A stretch of DNA of 64,000 bases. Source: an uncultured Verrucomicrobiota bacterium. GTDB taxonomy: Bacteria > Verrucomicrobiota > Verrucomicrobiia > Limisphaerales > J093. The position numbers and the translations under genes were made by a program. Shown here one piece after another: positions 39,048 to 51,600 of this stretch (positions within the stretch are counted from its first letter, which is position 1; each line of letters begins with the position of its first letter). The stretch lies in the NCBI GenBank assembly GCA_964466945.1, contig CAYXPA010000007.1, forward strand, positions 233 through 64,232, written 5' to 3'. The notes below the pieces were generated by a model. That model was given only the letters and a program-made list of their open reading frames with translations. It made no database searches and was not told where the DNA came from.

Positions 39048-39314
39048 GGGACTCCTTTCGGTTATTGCTTTGATGTTGCTGTACTCCCCACTTTCCTTTC
39101 TCCCTTCAGTGGGAAACTTTTTATGAGTCTTGCAGTGGAATCAACTATTTTCTTACAGGAGAAGTTACTTTTTAATCCCGTTTAGCCTTTGGGGTTCTGC
39201 TCCTTATGAATGGGGTGCCCTACGGGCTGGGTATGCCTTTGGCAACGCGAGCCTTCCGCGTGCGCTTGCGGCTCGACGCTCGACTTCCCCCCGCGGCTTT
39301 GCTACCCAAGGCCC

Positions 39315-40391
39315 ATGCGACGCAAGTGGCTCCGGGACGTCTCCCGCCTGGTCGTCAAGCTCGGCACCGGCGTGCTCACCGACGCCCGCAAACAGCCGGA
39401 CTTCCTGCAACTGGTCCAACTGGTGGCCCAGCTCGCCCGGCAACGCCAGGCCGGCCGCGAGGTCGTGCTGGTCACCTCGGGCGCGGTGGGCGCGGGCATG
39501 GGCGTGCTCGGCCTCACCCGCCGCCCCACCCGCCTCCACGAGCTCCAGGCCTGCGCCGCCATCGGCCAGTCCCGCCTCATGGCCACGTACGCCGACCTGT
39601 TCGGCAAGTTCGGCCTCCACGTCGGCCAGGTCCTGCTCACCCACGCCGACCTCGAGGACCACGACCGCCACCTCAACGCCCGCAACACCCTGCTCACCCT
39701 GCTCGAACGCGGCGTCGTGCCCATCATCAACGAAAACGACGTCGTCTCGGTCGAGGAACTGCGCTTCGGGGACAACGACCGCCTCTCCGCCCTGGTCGCC
39801 AGCCTCCTGCCCGCCCGGTTGCTGGTGATCCTCACCTCGGTGGACGGCGTGCTCGACGGCTTCGGCGGCGATCATCCCCGCGTCATCCCGCTGGTCGAGC
39901 GCGTGGACGCGGCGCTCGAACAACTCGCCCACGGCACCCGCAGCGAAACCGCCGTCGGCGGCATGACCTCCAAACTCGCCGCCGCCCGCATCGTGATGCG
40001 CGCCGGCATCCCGGCCGTCATTGCCAACGGCCGCAAGCACGACGTGATCGAGCGCATCCTCGCCGGCGAAGACGAAGGCACGCTCTTTGTCCCGCAGGGC
40101 GAACTGCTCCCCGGCCGCAAACGTTGGATCGCCTTCTTCCACCACCCCAAGGGCACCCTCATCGTGGACGACGGCGCCCGCCGCGCCCTCTGCGAACAGG
40201 GCCGCAGCCTGCTTCGCCCCGGCGTGCTCCGCGTCGAGGGCGACTTCGTCCGCGGCGACGTCGTGCGCATTTGCGACCCCGCCGGGCGGGAATTCGCCCG
40301 CGGCCAGGTCGGTTGCGACGCCGCCGCCCTGCGCGCCGGGCCGGCGCCCGACCGCGAAGTCGTGCACCGCGACAACCTCGTCGTGTTGTGA
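39315..40391 (+). CDS. proB: Glutamate 5-kinase with PUA domain
   Basis: VVKLGTGVLT, VTSGAVGAG, PIINENDVVS..FGDNDRLS, GGMTSKL, EGTLF. Confidence 0.95.
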   Translation: MRRKWLRDVSRLVVKLGTGVLTDARKQPDFLQLVQLVAQLARQRQAGREVVLVTSGAVGAGMGVLGLTRRPTRLHELQACAAIGQSRLMATYADLFGKFGLHVGQVLLTHADLEDHDRHLNARNTLLTLLERGVVPIINENDVVSVEELRFGDNDRLSALVASLLPARLLVILTSVDGVLDGFGGDHPRVIPLVERVDAALEQLAHGTRSETAVGGMTSKLAAARIVMRAGIPAVIANGRKHDVIERILAGEDEGTLFVPQGELLPGRKRWIAFFHHPKGTLIVDDGARRALCEQGRSLLRPGVLRVEGDFVRGDVVRICDPAGREFARGQVGCDAAALRAGPAPDREVVHRDNLVVL

Positions 40392-41161
40392 AACGCTCCG
40401 CCACTCCACGCCCCGGCCGCGCTGCTGCGCGCGCTACTTCCCGGGCGGCCAACGTCGGGACCACCCCCGCGCGCCGGCGTCCCCCGCCCCGACGGGGCCG
40501 CGCGTTGGACCAATTGCTCGACGTCATGGCCCGCCTGCGCGCGCCGGACGGCTGCCCTTGGGACCGCGCTCAAGACCATCGCACGCTCCGCCACCACGCG
40601 GTCGAGGAGGTGTACGAGCTGCTCGACGCCATCGAGGCCGGCGACGACGCCGAAATGGCCGAGGAACTGGGCGACCTGCTGCTCCAAATCGTCTTTCACT
40701 GCCAAATGGCCGCCGAGCGCGGCGCCTTTGATTTTGAGACCGTCGCCCGCCGCCTGGTGGACAAACTCATCCACCGCCATCCCCACGTCTTCGGCGACGC
40801 CCGCGCCCGCACCGCCGCCGCCGTCTGGGAGCAATGGGACCGCCTCAAGCACGCCGAGAAAGCCGGCACGCCCCGCCAGCGCGCCTCCGCCCTGGACGGC
40901 ATCCCGCGGCACCTGCCCGCGTTGATGCGCGCCCAGAAGCTGTGGAAAAAGGCCCGCCGCGCCGGCCTGGCCGAACCACCGCCCCGACGAGTGGAACGCT
41001 GGACGCGCCTCCGCCTGGCCCGGGAACTGTTCGAGCTGGCCGCGCTGTGCCAGGAGCGCGGCTGGACGGCCGAAGAACTGCTCCGCGCCGAGGCCCGGCG
41101 GCGCGAGCGTGCCTGGCGTCGCGCCGAACAGCGGCGCCGCGCGGCGTCCCCTGCCCCGTGA
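40388..41161 (+). CDS. mazG: MazG family nucleoside triphosphate pyrophosphohydrolase (start uncertain; second domain reduced)
   Basis: LRAPDGCPWDRAQ, EEVYELLDAI, EELGDLLLQ, KLIHRHPHVF; GTGA overlap with proB. Confidence 0.88.
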   Translation: MKRSATPRPGRAAARATSRAANVGTTPARRRPPPRRGRALDQLLDVMARLRAPDGCPWDRAQDHRTLRHHAVEEVYELLDAIEAGDDAEMAEELGDLLLQIVFHCQMAAERGAFDFETVARRLVDKLIHRHPHVFGDARARTAAAVWEQWDRLKHAEKAGTPRQRASALDGIPRHLPALMRAQKLWKKARRAGLAEPPPRRVERWTRLRLARELFELAALCQERGWTAEELLRAEARRRERAWRRAEQRRRAASPAP

Positions 41162-42312
41162 CCGCGCGCCCGCTTTCACCCCGGCGCGGCCCGTTGCGCG
41201 TGTTGGGCCTGATGTCCGGCACCAGTCTGGACGGCGTGGACTGCGCGGTCTGCGACTGCACGCCCCGGAGCGTGCGGTTTGTGCGCCACTGGCGGGTGAA
41301 TTTCTCCCCCCGGCTCCGCGCCCGGCTCGAGGCCGCCGCGCGCAACGCCGCCGGCACCTGGGAACTGGGCCAGCTCCACCACGACCTGGGCCGCTTCTAC
41401 GCCCGCGCTGCGCAGGCCGGGCCGGGGCGGCTGCGGGTGGCCGCGGTGGGGCTGCACGGGCAGACCGTCTTTCACCAGCCGCGCCCGCCCGCGGCCACGT
41501 GGCAAATCGGCGAGCCGGCCTGGCTGGCCGAGGCGTTGCGCGTGCCGGTGGTCAGCAACTTTCGCGCGGCCGACCTCGCGGCCGGCGGTCAGGGCGCGCC
41601 GCTGGCCACGCTCTTTCACCAGGTGGCCTTTGGCCGACCGGGCGAGTGGGTGTGCGTGAACAATCTGGGCGGCATCAGCAACGTGACCTCGCTCGACTGG
41701 CGCCGGCGCGGTCGCGCGCCGCGCGTGCGGGCCTTCGACACCGGCCCCGCGAACGTGTTGCTCGACCTGGCCGCACGCCATTTTTCCGGCGGCCGGCGGG
41801 CGTGTGATCGCGACGGGCGCCTGGCCGCGCGCGGTCGGGTGTGCGAGCCGCTGCTGGCGCGCTGGCTGGCGCATCCGTTTTTCCACCGGCCCCCGCCCAA
41901 AAGCACGGGGCGGGAGGAATTCGGCGAGCCGTTTTGGCGGGAGGTGCTCGCGGCGGCGCGGCGGCGCGGGCTGACGCCCGAAGACGTGCTGGCCACGCTC
42001 ACCGAGTTCACCGCGCGCTCGCTGGTCCTGAACTACCGGCTGCACCTGGGCGGCCGCCCGGACCGCGTGGTGTTGACCGGCGGCGGCGCGGCCAACCCGG
42101 AGCTGGTGCGCCGCATCACGGCGCACCTCCACGCCTGGCATCCGGCGATCGCGGTCACGGACTCCGCGGCGCTGGGCTGGCCCCTGGCGGCGGTCGAGGC
42201 GGCGGCCTTTGCGCTCCTGGCCGCGTACCGGCTCTGGAACCTGCCCGCCAACCTGCCGGCCACGACCGGCGCGCGGCGCGCGGTGCGGCTGGGGCAGGTC
42301 AGCCAGCCTTGA
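41158..42312 (+). CDS. anmK: Anhydro-N-acetylmuramic acid kinase
   Basis: GLMSGTSLDGVD, HGQTVFH, DLAAGGQGAPL, NLGGISN, FDTGPAN, PPKSTGREEF. Confidence 0.95.
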   Translation: MTARPLSPRRGPLRVLGLMSGTSLDGVDCAVCDCTPRSVRFVRHWRVNFSPRLRARLEAAARNAAGTWELGQLHHDLGRFYARAAQAGPGRLRVAAVGLHGQTVFHQPRPPAATWQIGEPAWLAEALRVPVVSNFRAADLAAGGQGAPLATLFHQVAFGRPGEWVCVNNLGGISNVTSLDWRRRGRAPRVRAFDTGPANVLLDLAARHFSGGRRACDRDGRLAARGRVCEPLLARWLAHPFFHRPPPKSTGREEFGEPFWREVLAAARRRGLTPEDVLATLTEFTARSLVLNYRLHLGGRPDRVVLTGGGAANPELVRRITAHLHAWHPAIAVTDSAALGWPLAAVEAAAFALLAAYRLWNLPANLPATTGARRAVRLGQVSQP

Positions 42313-42429
42313 GCTGGAGCGATTCAGTCTAACGGGGGAAGAACGGGCCACTGGCCCGTGGTGACGAGCTCTGGCTAGGGCACCGCTGTGTCGGCGCCGC
42401 CCACCTCGGCCGCGCGGCGGCGCGGCCCC

Positions 42430-42610
42430 CAATCCCGGCTCGAGCGCCCCTGGCGAAGTGGCGGCTTGAAAACCGGAGTCAGTGGCAGGTTGCCGCCGAT
42501 CTGCCGGCAGGCAGGCCGACCACGGCCAAGTGGGCCGTGCCACCCGGAATCAACCGAGTCCTTCCGGCTGCGCCAAAACCACGGGCCGCCTCGTCCGACC
42601 TGGCCGGCTC
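42430..42610. repeat. REP-like element (GGCAGGTTGCCGCC / CAGGCCGACCACGGCCA, GTGG family)
   Basis: Reverse strand reads GGGTGGCACGGCCCACTTGGCCGT, matching the motif near position 310. Confidence 0.7.
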
Positions 42611-42613
42611 GAT

Positions 42614-45600
42614 TCACGGCACCCAGACCACGCGATAGAACTGCGTGCGTGCGCCGCCGACGCCGGTATCGGTCAGCACGGCCTCGGTGCCGGTGGCGGT
42701 GAGCTGGCCGGCGTTGCGCCAGACACCGCTGGCCAGCGCGGCGGTGGCTTCAACGCGGTAGGTGCGGCCGGGCTGGGTGCTCCAGCGCAAGGTGACCTGG
42801 CCGGTCGGGCTCACGCTCAGTCCGAGCAGTTGCGGCGCCGGCGGCGGGGCGGCGGTGTTGGCGGCGCCGGGCGTGGGAGTGGCGAGCACCTGCGGCAGAG
42901 TGTCCTCGCCGCGCGGTTCGGGATAACCGAACGCTTGGTCGGCGCTCAGGCCGGTGTATTCGAGGAAGTCCACGACCGCCGGCTGCCCGTCCTGGAGGCG
43001 GGCGAGCACCACCACGCCGTTGGGCGCGCTCAGGCGGAAGAGGGTGTGCCAGTGCGGGCCGGTGGTTTGCCCGGCCTGGGCGTCGGCCCAGACCACCTTG
43101 TACTCGCCGGGGGCAAGCGTGGCGCCGGCCGGGAAGGCCCACCGGGTGAGGTTGCTGAAGTTGTCGGAGAGGTACCAACCGGCCAACGGCAGCGGCGCGG
43201 CGCCCAGGTGGGCCAGCTCGAGCCACGGGTCGGCCTCGCCGGCGTTGTCGCGCGGGCCGGTCCGGTTCACGGGCTGGACTTCGTTGATCCAGAGGTTGGG
43301 GAAAGGCTCGAGCGTGCCGCGCACGGAGTTGACGTAACCGGGGGTGTAGCCTTCGCGGCGCAGCTCGATGACGTCCACGCTCACGCCCATGACGATGTCA
43401 GAGCTGGTCGGGTTGGTTTGGTGCACTTCGACGGCCAGCACGTTGGTGCCGGCGCGCAGATTGTCCACCGGGACATCGAAGGGGCCTTCGTACGCGGCAT
43501 CGCTCACGGTGCGGAGGGCGGTGTCGCCACGGTCAGGCAGGACGCCTTCGGTCATGCCCAGCCAGAAGATGGGTTGGCCGTTGAGGTAGAAGACGGCGCC
43601 ATCATCAATCACGGGACGGAGGCTCAGCGTGGCGCCGGCGGGATTGCCGGTGAAGGTGAAGGTGTGGCGGAATAGGTAACTCATCTGGCCCAGGGTCAGC
43701 GGCGTGTTCTTGGGCGCGGGCAGCGCGGCGTTCTCGACGTAGAGCAGCGCCTTGCCCCCGGGCCAGGAGCTGTCGTTGTAGTTGAGGTTGGTCCAGCCGG
43801 GCGCGGGGTCTTCGGCGGCCTGCCAGTAGCGCCAGGTGGCGTCAATGGGAACGAGGTTGCGAGGGGCGTTGGTGGTCTGTTGGACCACGGCCGTCCAGTT
43901 GGCCACGCGCGCGTTGTCCTGGCGCGGGTCAATCAACTGGAGCGAGGCCTGGCCGGTGCCGGCCGCGGCGGGCCAGGGCGGGGTGCTGCGGAAGGCCACG
44001 CGGTCCACCAGCGCCTCCGGGTCCGGCGTGGCGGCGCGGTAGAGGGCGATGACGCCGCCGTCGGGGGACAGTTCGTTGACGTAGTTGCCCAGCACGTTGG
44101 TGGGCGAGCCGTAGGTGCTGTTGAAGGCGGTCAGGTTGCGCGCGACCACGAGGTAACCGCCCGGCTCCAAGCGCGTGCCGGCAGGGAAGAGGTAACGCGC
44201 GCCGGTCAACAGCCAGCCCGACAGGTCCCAGGTCCGGTTGGTCGAGACGTTGTGCAGCTCGACAAACTCGGCCCCCGGCGCCGGGGGACTGTACATGATT
44301 TCGTTGATGACCACCCGCGGCACGCCGAGCACCGTGATGGCGAAAGTGCGCGCGGCGGTGAGCGGATGGCGCAGGTCGTTGTCGGTCACCCGCACGGTGA
44401 CGGGATAAACCGCGCCCGCCTCGTCGTCGCCGGCGCGCCAGGTGAACACGCCGGTGTCGGGATCAATCACCGCCCCGACCGGCGCGCCCGGGCCCAGGCT
44501 GAAGGTCAGCCGTTGGGCGGGCCGGTCCGCATCCGTGGCCACGGCTGTGAATTGCAAGATTTCGCCGGCCCGCACCTGGCGATCGGCCAGCGGGGCCAGC
44601 TCTGGCGCCTGGTTGCGCTCGAGCACTTCCACGCCGAAGACCCGGGTGGTGCTCAGGTGCGGCGGCAGCGTCTCGGTGGCGCGGACCTCGAAGATGAAGT
44701 TGCCCGGGCCGTCGTCCTCGGTGGTCGGCCAGGTGATGAGGCCGGTGAGCGGGTCCAGCGTGGCGCCAGCCGGGGCGCGGACCAGCGAGAAGGTGATCGG
44801 CGAATTGGCGGCGTCGGGGTCGCGCGCCTCGAGGCGGAGGGTGAACTGGTCCATTTCCTCGACCGTCTGCGGCGGGATGAAGGCCATCTCCGGCGGGTTG
44901 TTCACCTCGTTGACCGTGACGCGGAAGGTGCGCGTGTGGCTCAGCGGCGGCGTGCCGTCGTCGGTCACGCGCACGGTGATCGGGTACACGCCCGGGCCCT
45001 GGGCCTCGGCGGGCGTCCAGACCAACGCCGGGCCTTCGGGGTCAATGTCCGCGCCCTCGGGCGCGCCCGGCTCGAGGCTGAAGGTCAGGCGTTGCGGCGG
45101 CAAATCGGGGTCCGTGGCGGCCAAGGGGACGGCCAGCAAGAAGCCTTCATCCGCGACCTGGTCCGCGATCGGGTCCAGCACCGGCGGCGCGTTCACTTCG
45201 CTCACCGTGATCGTCACGGTGCGGGACGCGGCGCGGGGCGGCGTGCCGTTGTCGGTGACGCGCACCGTGAAGGTGTACTCGCCCGGGCCCTGGGCCTCGG
45301 CAGGCGTCCAGGCAAACACGCCGGTGTCCGGCTCGAGGCTGGCGCCGGCGGGAGCGTCGGCGCCCAAGCTGAAGGTCAGTTGCTGGCCGGCGTCGGGGTC
45401 GCTGGCGGTGACGGTGAACCGGAGCGGGCTCAATTCGGGCGCGGTGCGGTCGGCGATGGGATCGAGCACCGGCGGGCGGTTGCCGCCGACCAGGTCGTTG
45501 GGCGCGCCGGGGGTGGGCCGGTCCAGCGTCACCAGCGGCAGCGGCCCGCTGTCGGGGTAGCGGCCCTGGCTGACGTCGTTGGTCTGGGCGCCGAAGGTGA

Positions 45601-48600
45601 AGCCGTCCACCAGCGAGCCGTCCGGGGCGAAGAGGCCCAGCGCCTCCCCCGCCGCGCTGAGCTTGAAGTTCGCGTGCAACGGGCCGCCGGGCTGGGTCTG
45701 GTTGCCCTCCTCGTCCGCCCAGACCAGCAGGAAGCCACCCGGCGGGACGATCGAGCCCGGAGGGATGAGGTACTTGGCCGGGTTGGCCAGCTCGTCGGTG
45801 AGCGTGTACCCGGAGAGGTCCACCGGCGCGTTGCCGGCGTTGTGCAGCTCGAACCAGTCGTCGAAATCGCCGTCCGCCGGGTCGGGGAGGGTGGTGTTGG
45901 CCGCCATGAATTCGTTGAGCGTGACCTGAATGGCCGGCATGGTCGGATCGTTCGGCGCGCCGGGGGTCACCCGGTGGAACGGCCGGCGCTTGCGCGGCTC
46001 GCCGTCCGGGTAGGAGCCGTAGCTGCGGTCGGCCGCCAGCAGGACGTAGTCGAGGTAATCCATCACGGCCGGTTGGGCCGGGCTGCCCTGGAGGCGCACC
46101 AAGGCCACCGCGCCGGTGTCGGGCGCGAGGCGGAAGTTGGTGTGGGGCGCGCCGGGCGCGGACTGGCCGGGCTCGCCATCGGCCCAGACGCGCAGGAACT
46201 GGCGCGGGCCGATTACGGTGCCGGCCGGGAACTGCCAGCGGGTGAGGTTGGTGTAGGTGTCGGTGAGGTAAAAGGCGGAGAGGTCCACCGCGGTGTCACC
46301 GGCGTTGTAGAGCTCGATCCAGGGCTCATGCCGGCCGCTGGCGTCGGTGGGCCCGGTGAGGTTGTTGGGCTGGACCTCGTTGATCCACACCGGCGGGAAG
46401 GCGGGCAGGGTCTGGCGGGCGGCGTTGGCGCGACCCGGGGTGACGCGGTTGACGTCGTTGGTGGCCGTGGCCGTCCAGTTGCCGACGCGCCACGCGCCGA
46501 GGGCGGGGTCGAGGAGTTGGAGCGAAGGGCCCAGGCCGTCGGCCGCGGGCGGCCAGGGCAGGCGGTCGTCGTAACGCACGTCGCTGATGACCGTGTCCTG
46601 GTCCGGCGAGGCGCCGGGGCGGACCAGAGCGAGGGACTCACCGCCGTTGTCAAGGGTGCCGGGGTATTCGTCGAAGACGGGGATGGTCTGGCCGTATAGG
46701 TTGGCGAAGGCCTGCCGGTCCTGGGCCAACACCAAGAAACCGCCGGGGGGCAGGATGGCCCCGGGCGGGAAGGTGTAACCCACGCCGTCCAGGCGCCAGC
46801 CGGACAGGTCGAAGGGCGTGGTGGTCGAGCGGTTGTGCAGCTCGAGGAAGTCGCCCCCCGGTTGGTCGGCATTGTACTGGACCTCGTTGAGGACCACGAA
46901 ATCCTGCGGGCGTTCCAGCTCGCCGGTGTAGGTCACGGTGATGCTGCTGGAAGCGCCGGGGACGGGGTTGCCGCGGCGGTCCTTGCCCACCAGGGCCAGC
47001 ACGTTGGTGCGCTGGGTCAGGGGCACGGTCAGGCGGAAGCTGCGCTGGTCGGTCCACGTGACCGGGTACGGGACGCCGTTGACCTCGATCGTGGCCACGG
47101 CGAAGGGCGCGCGGCCGGTGAGCGCGGTCGTGGCGGTGGTGGAGGTGTAATCCTGGCCGCCGTTGGTGGTGATGACGAAGTTGGTGGCGTCGTTGAGGCG
47201 AATCTGGTTGGTGATGTAGCCGCGGCGGCTGTTGATGTAGCTGGTGATGGTGCTCGGCGAGGACAATCCGGTGATGCCGTTTTTGAGCAGCACGCTGCGC
47301 CGGGCGTCAATCTGCGGCTGGAAACGCTCGGGCAGGAGCGGGCCGTTGACCGCGTCCAGGTAGGCGCGCCAGAGCATCCGGCGGAAGGCGGGGTTGTCGT
47401 ACATGCGGTTGACCACCGGGTCCTGCCCGCCCCAGAGCGCGGTGGTGGCGCCGTCGCCCAGGCCGAAAGTGAAGTCAATGTCCCAGCGCATGAGCACCGA
47501 GCGCAGGCCGGGTTGCTTGTAGAGAAACATGTTCTGACCCACGCGATAGCTCCACATGTCCCAGTCGCCCATGATCCAGCCGCAACTGAAGGTGCGCATC
47601 CACTGGTCCATGTCGGCAATCGTCAACAGGCCGTCCACGTAGCCGGTGCCGGTGACGTTGGCGGCGTTCACCAGGTCGAAGATGGTGGCGTAGTTGGTGG
47701 CCGTGCCGTCGTTCGAGCGGCGCTGGAAGGTCCAGCGGTAGCGGGCCAGCTTGAGGGCGCTGCCGCTCAAAAATCGCTCGAGCGTGGCGCTGACGGCGTT
47801 GAACTGGCTGTTGTCGTCCTGGAACTCGAACCACATGGCGACCTTGTACAGGTCGCCCGCCCCGCCGTCCGGGAACCAGCGCTCGGCGTAGGCGTGGTCC
47901 GGTTGTTCGAGGTCCTCCATCACGTTGTAAGGCATGTTGCCGTTCCGGTACAGGCGCAGGTAGTGGGCGTGCAGGTAGGGCACGCCCTGCTGCTGGTGCA
48001 ACCAGGCGGCCAGTTGGCTGCGAATGGCCGTCGGCTCGTTGCCGGCGTTGCCGGTCGAGGCGAAAATCCGTTCATCCGTCCCGAGCAACGGGTCGTCTTT
48101 GGGGACCTGCACCGCGAAATCGCCCCGGCCGCCGTGCCAGGGGCTGGCCTTGTCGCGGAAGCCCACGTTGTAGAGGACCCGGTCGGTGTTATAGACCAGT
48201 GTGGCGTCGCGGTAGGTGTTGTCCAACCCGGCCGTGCGCGATTGCTCGGTCGCCTGCGTATTCCAAAGGTGGTAGTGGGCAAACGTCCCGAACGGCACGG
48301 GGTCGCCCCACCGGATCAGGCATTCCTGGCCCGGGCTGGCCTCGGTGAATTCGCCGGAGGGGAAGACCGACGTGGCCGGCGAAGCCGCCGCATCCGAGGC
48401 CTCGACGCGAAAGGCCACGAGGTTGCCCGCCGCCCGGCCGGTCAATTGCGCGGACCAGACGCCGTCCCCGGCCACGGCGTCCCCGGACGAGCCGTCGTCG
48501 CGCATGACCAGCGTGGTGTAGGTGCTCGCGGGGTCCACGCGGTAGCGCAACCGCACCTGGCCGATGCCATCGGGGTCGCTCACCCGGCAGGTGACCACCA

Positions 48601-51600
48601 CGGGCTCGTTGGCCTGGGGCACCGCGGGCGAGTGGGTCACGTCGGAAACGGCCGGGCCGGCATTAGCGGCGCGGCGGCTGTTGACCTGGCCGGGGGTGCC
48701 GAGGTTTTTGGGGATTGCCATGCGGGCGGGGAACTCGATCCAGTTGCCCTGGGCGCGGAAGAGCACCTCCGGCCAGCCGGCCAGCCAGCGGACCTTGGCA
48801 CGGATGGTGGCGTTTTGGTTTTGCGCGACGGAGGTGGCGAGGGTGTTCCGGATGCTGTTGATGCCGGTGTCGCCGTCGCCCTGGGCGCGCACGTGCAGGC
48901 AGCGGCTGCCGCTGAAGGCGCCGGTGGTGTCAATGGTCGAGCGGCTGTGGTTGCCGGTGCGCGTCCAATAGGTGGGCGCGGCCAACGTGCCTTCCTCAAA
49001 GCCGCCGTTGCGGACCACGTTGGTGCTGCCCACGCGGAAGAACTCGACGTCGTCCACCAGACACTCGCCGGGGCCGAGCATCGAGATGCGCAGTCGGTTG
49101 GCGGGGAAACTGGTGTTGCCGTTGTCCAGGCGGCCGGTGAACTCGACGGTGGTCCAGGGAGCCTTCTGGGTCTCGTCGCTGTCGGCCCAGTTCATGGGTT
49201 GGAGCGGGTCGGCGCGCGGGTCAATGCGCTCGAGGCTCGAGCCGCCGCCATCGCTCCAGCGCCCCCAGCGGCCGCCGTCCCGGTACCGGACCTCGTCCAC
49301 GGTGATGTAGATCGTATTGGTGGTCACCTGCCCGTTGGCGTTGGTGCGCACGAGCTGGTCCGGCTTGGCCAGGGCGAGGCGTTCGCCGTCGTTGGCCAGG
49401 CGGCCGGAGAAGTTGCCCACGGTGTTGGCGGTATTGAGCTGGGGGTAATTGGCCCGCAGGCGCGCGGCGTCCGCCGCCACCACCAGATAGCCGCCGGGCG
49501 GCAGGGTCGTGCCGGCGGGGATTTCAAAGTCAATCCCGTCCACGAACCGCCAGCCGGACAGGTCCACGGGCGTGAGGCCGACGTTGTGCAATTCCACGTA
49601 CTCGTCCGCGTCGTCCTCGCTGATCGGGTGGTACATGATTTCGTTGATGACCACCGGCTCGATCCGTCGCGGAGTGTTGGCGCTGCCCGGCGTGGGCAGC
49701 AACAAGCGCCGCCAGCCCGGCGCGCCGTCCGGGGTGCGGCCCAGGGCCACGCCATTTTCCTGGGGGCCGAACCGCACCGCGTCCAGCACCCGCGCGGCCT
49801 CGGGGTCCAGCAAGTAAACCGTCTCCCCGGCAGAATCGAGGGCGAAGCCGAGCTGGCTTTGGTCGAAGGCCAGGAAGCCGCGCGCCGGCAGGCGCGTGCC
49901 GGCCGGGATGCGAAAGCGGTTGGTGGCCGGGTCGTCGGTCAGGATGCAGCCGGAGAGGTCCACCTCGACGGCGCCGGTGTTGAACAGCTCCACAAAGTCC
50001 AGCACGGGGTCGTCGGTGTGGGCCAGGATTTCATTGAGCACCACCGCGCTCAGGGGCGTGGGCCGCCAGGCATCGGGCGTGCCGGGCGAACCGCCCCGCA
50101 GTTCGCTGGCTGCCCAGGCGCGCGGGTCGTCCTCGCCGTAGCTGGGGCGGGCCAGCACCAGTGAATGCCCTGCGCCGTCGGCCGCCGCCGGCCAGGGGGG
50201 TTGGTCGGAGTAATTCACCTCGAGCCGGATGGCGTCCAGGTTGTTGCGCAGCCGCACCCGGCCGGCGTCGTTGGGCAGGCTGCCGGTGTACGGCCCCAGG
50301 ACGTTGGTGAGGCCGTACACGGCCTTCACGTCCTCCGGCGCCGCGGCCACGACCACCAATTCCCCGGCCTGGAGGATGAAGCCCTCGGGGAAGGTGAAGG
50401 CGATGTCGCCAGACAGCCGCCAGCCGCTGAGGTCCTCGAACACCGAGCGGGCGTTGTACAACTCGACGAACTCGAGGTTCCGGCCGTCGGCCCGCGGCGC
50501 GGGGTGGTACATGATTTCGCTGAAGATCATGCCGGTGGCGCGGCTGGACGGCCCCAGCGGCTCGCAGGGAAATGCCAGGGCGGGTACGGTGACCGGATTG
50601 ACCGCCGGGCCGAGCTCGCGGAAGCGGGCGGTGGCCAGGCTGTTGGTGTTGCCGCTGGCCACGGCCAGGCCCAGGTAGAGCGTGTTGCTCAGGCCGCTGA
50701 AGGTCTGCGTGCCCAGTTGCACCCAGGTCTGCCCGTCCACGCCCGCAAAGCCGGTCAACGTCTGCCCCTGCCGCCGCAGCCGCAGCCAGGTCTGCGGGTA
50801 ATTGGCCCGGAAGCCGCCGCGCGGCGCGGCCGTGGTCGTGGCGCCGCCCGCCGTGGCGCGCGCCTCGAAGAAGCAGCCCAACTGCATGGACGAAGCCAGG
50901 GCGGCAGCGAACCGCGCGTTGGCGTCCGTCGTTTCCCGCGCCATCAGCCCGGCGTGCAGGAAGGGGTCGCTCACCGTCACGCCGTCCAAGCGGGCGCGTA
51001 GGTCGAAGTCGCCGGTCAGGGGCTTCCAGGCGAACTGGAGCCGGTCGCTGGTGCCGCCGATGTCGCCGGCGCCGCTCACGTCCACGCCGCCGGGCACCGG
51101 TTGGGCAGCGCCGGCCAGGGGCGGATTGCCGATGTCCCAGGGCAGGTACTCGACGGGGGTGAACCGGGCGGTCGAGTTGGGCGGGATAGTGTTGGCATTT
51201 TGGGCGCGGTCTTTGACGTGGTTGACGGTCAATGTGTACGTGACGCCCAGGGTCAGGGGCGAGGTGGTGAGGATCACCACGTCCGGCGTGGCGCCGAAGG
51301 CCGCGTTCGAGATGGTGACCCCGCCGTCGAGCCGGTAGTTGGCCGGCGTCGTGGCCGAGGGCGCGGCTACCGGCTCGCTATAGGTGACCTCGACCTGGTT
51401 GGTGCCCAGGTTGCGCGCGCCCAAGAGCGCGGGCGGGGTGGTGTCGGGCAACACGGTCAGTACCGCCTCGTCGCTGGTAGCGGAGCCGAGCTCGTTGGTC
51501 ACCACGCAGCGAAACCGGGCGTTGTGGTCCGCCAGCGTGACCGGACCATAGACCAGCTCCGGGCCATCCGCGCCCAACAGGGCGCCGCCGTTGCGCAGCC

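Noticed and set aside
35389-39200. Calling the lower-GC cassette a mobile element
   Set aside because: No transposase, integrase, tRNA target or terminal repeats seen; only compositional evidence
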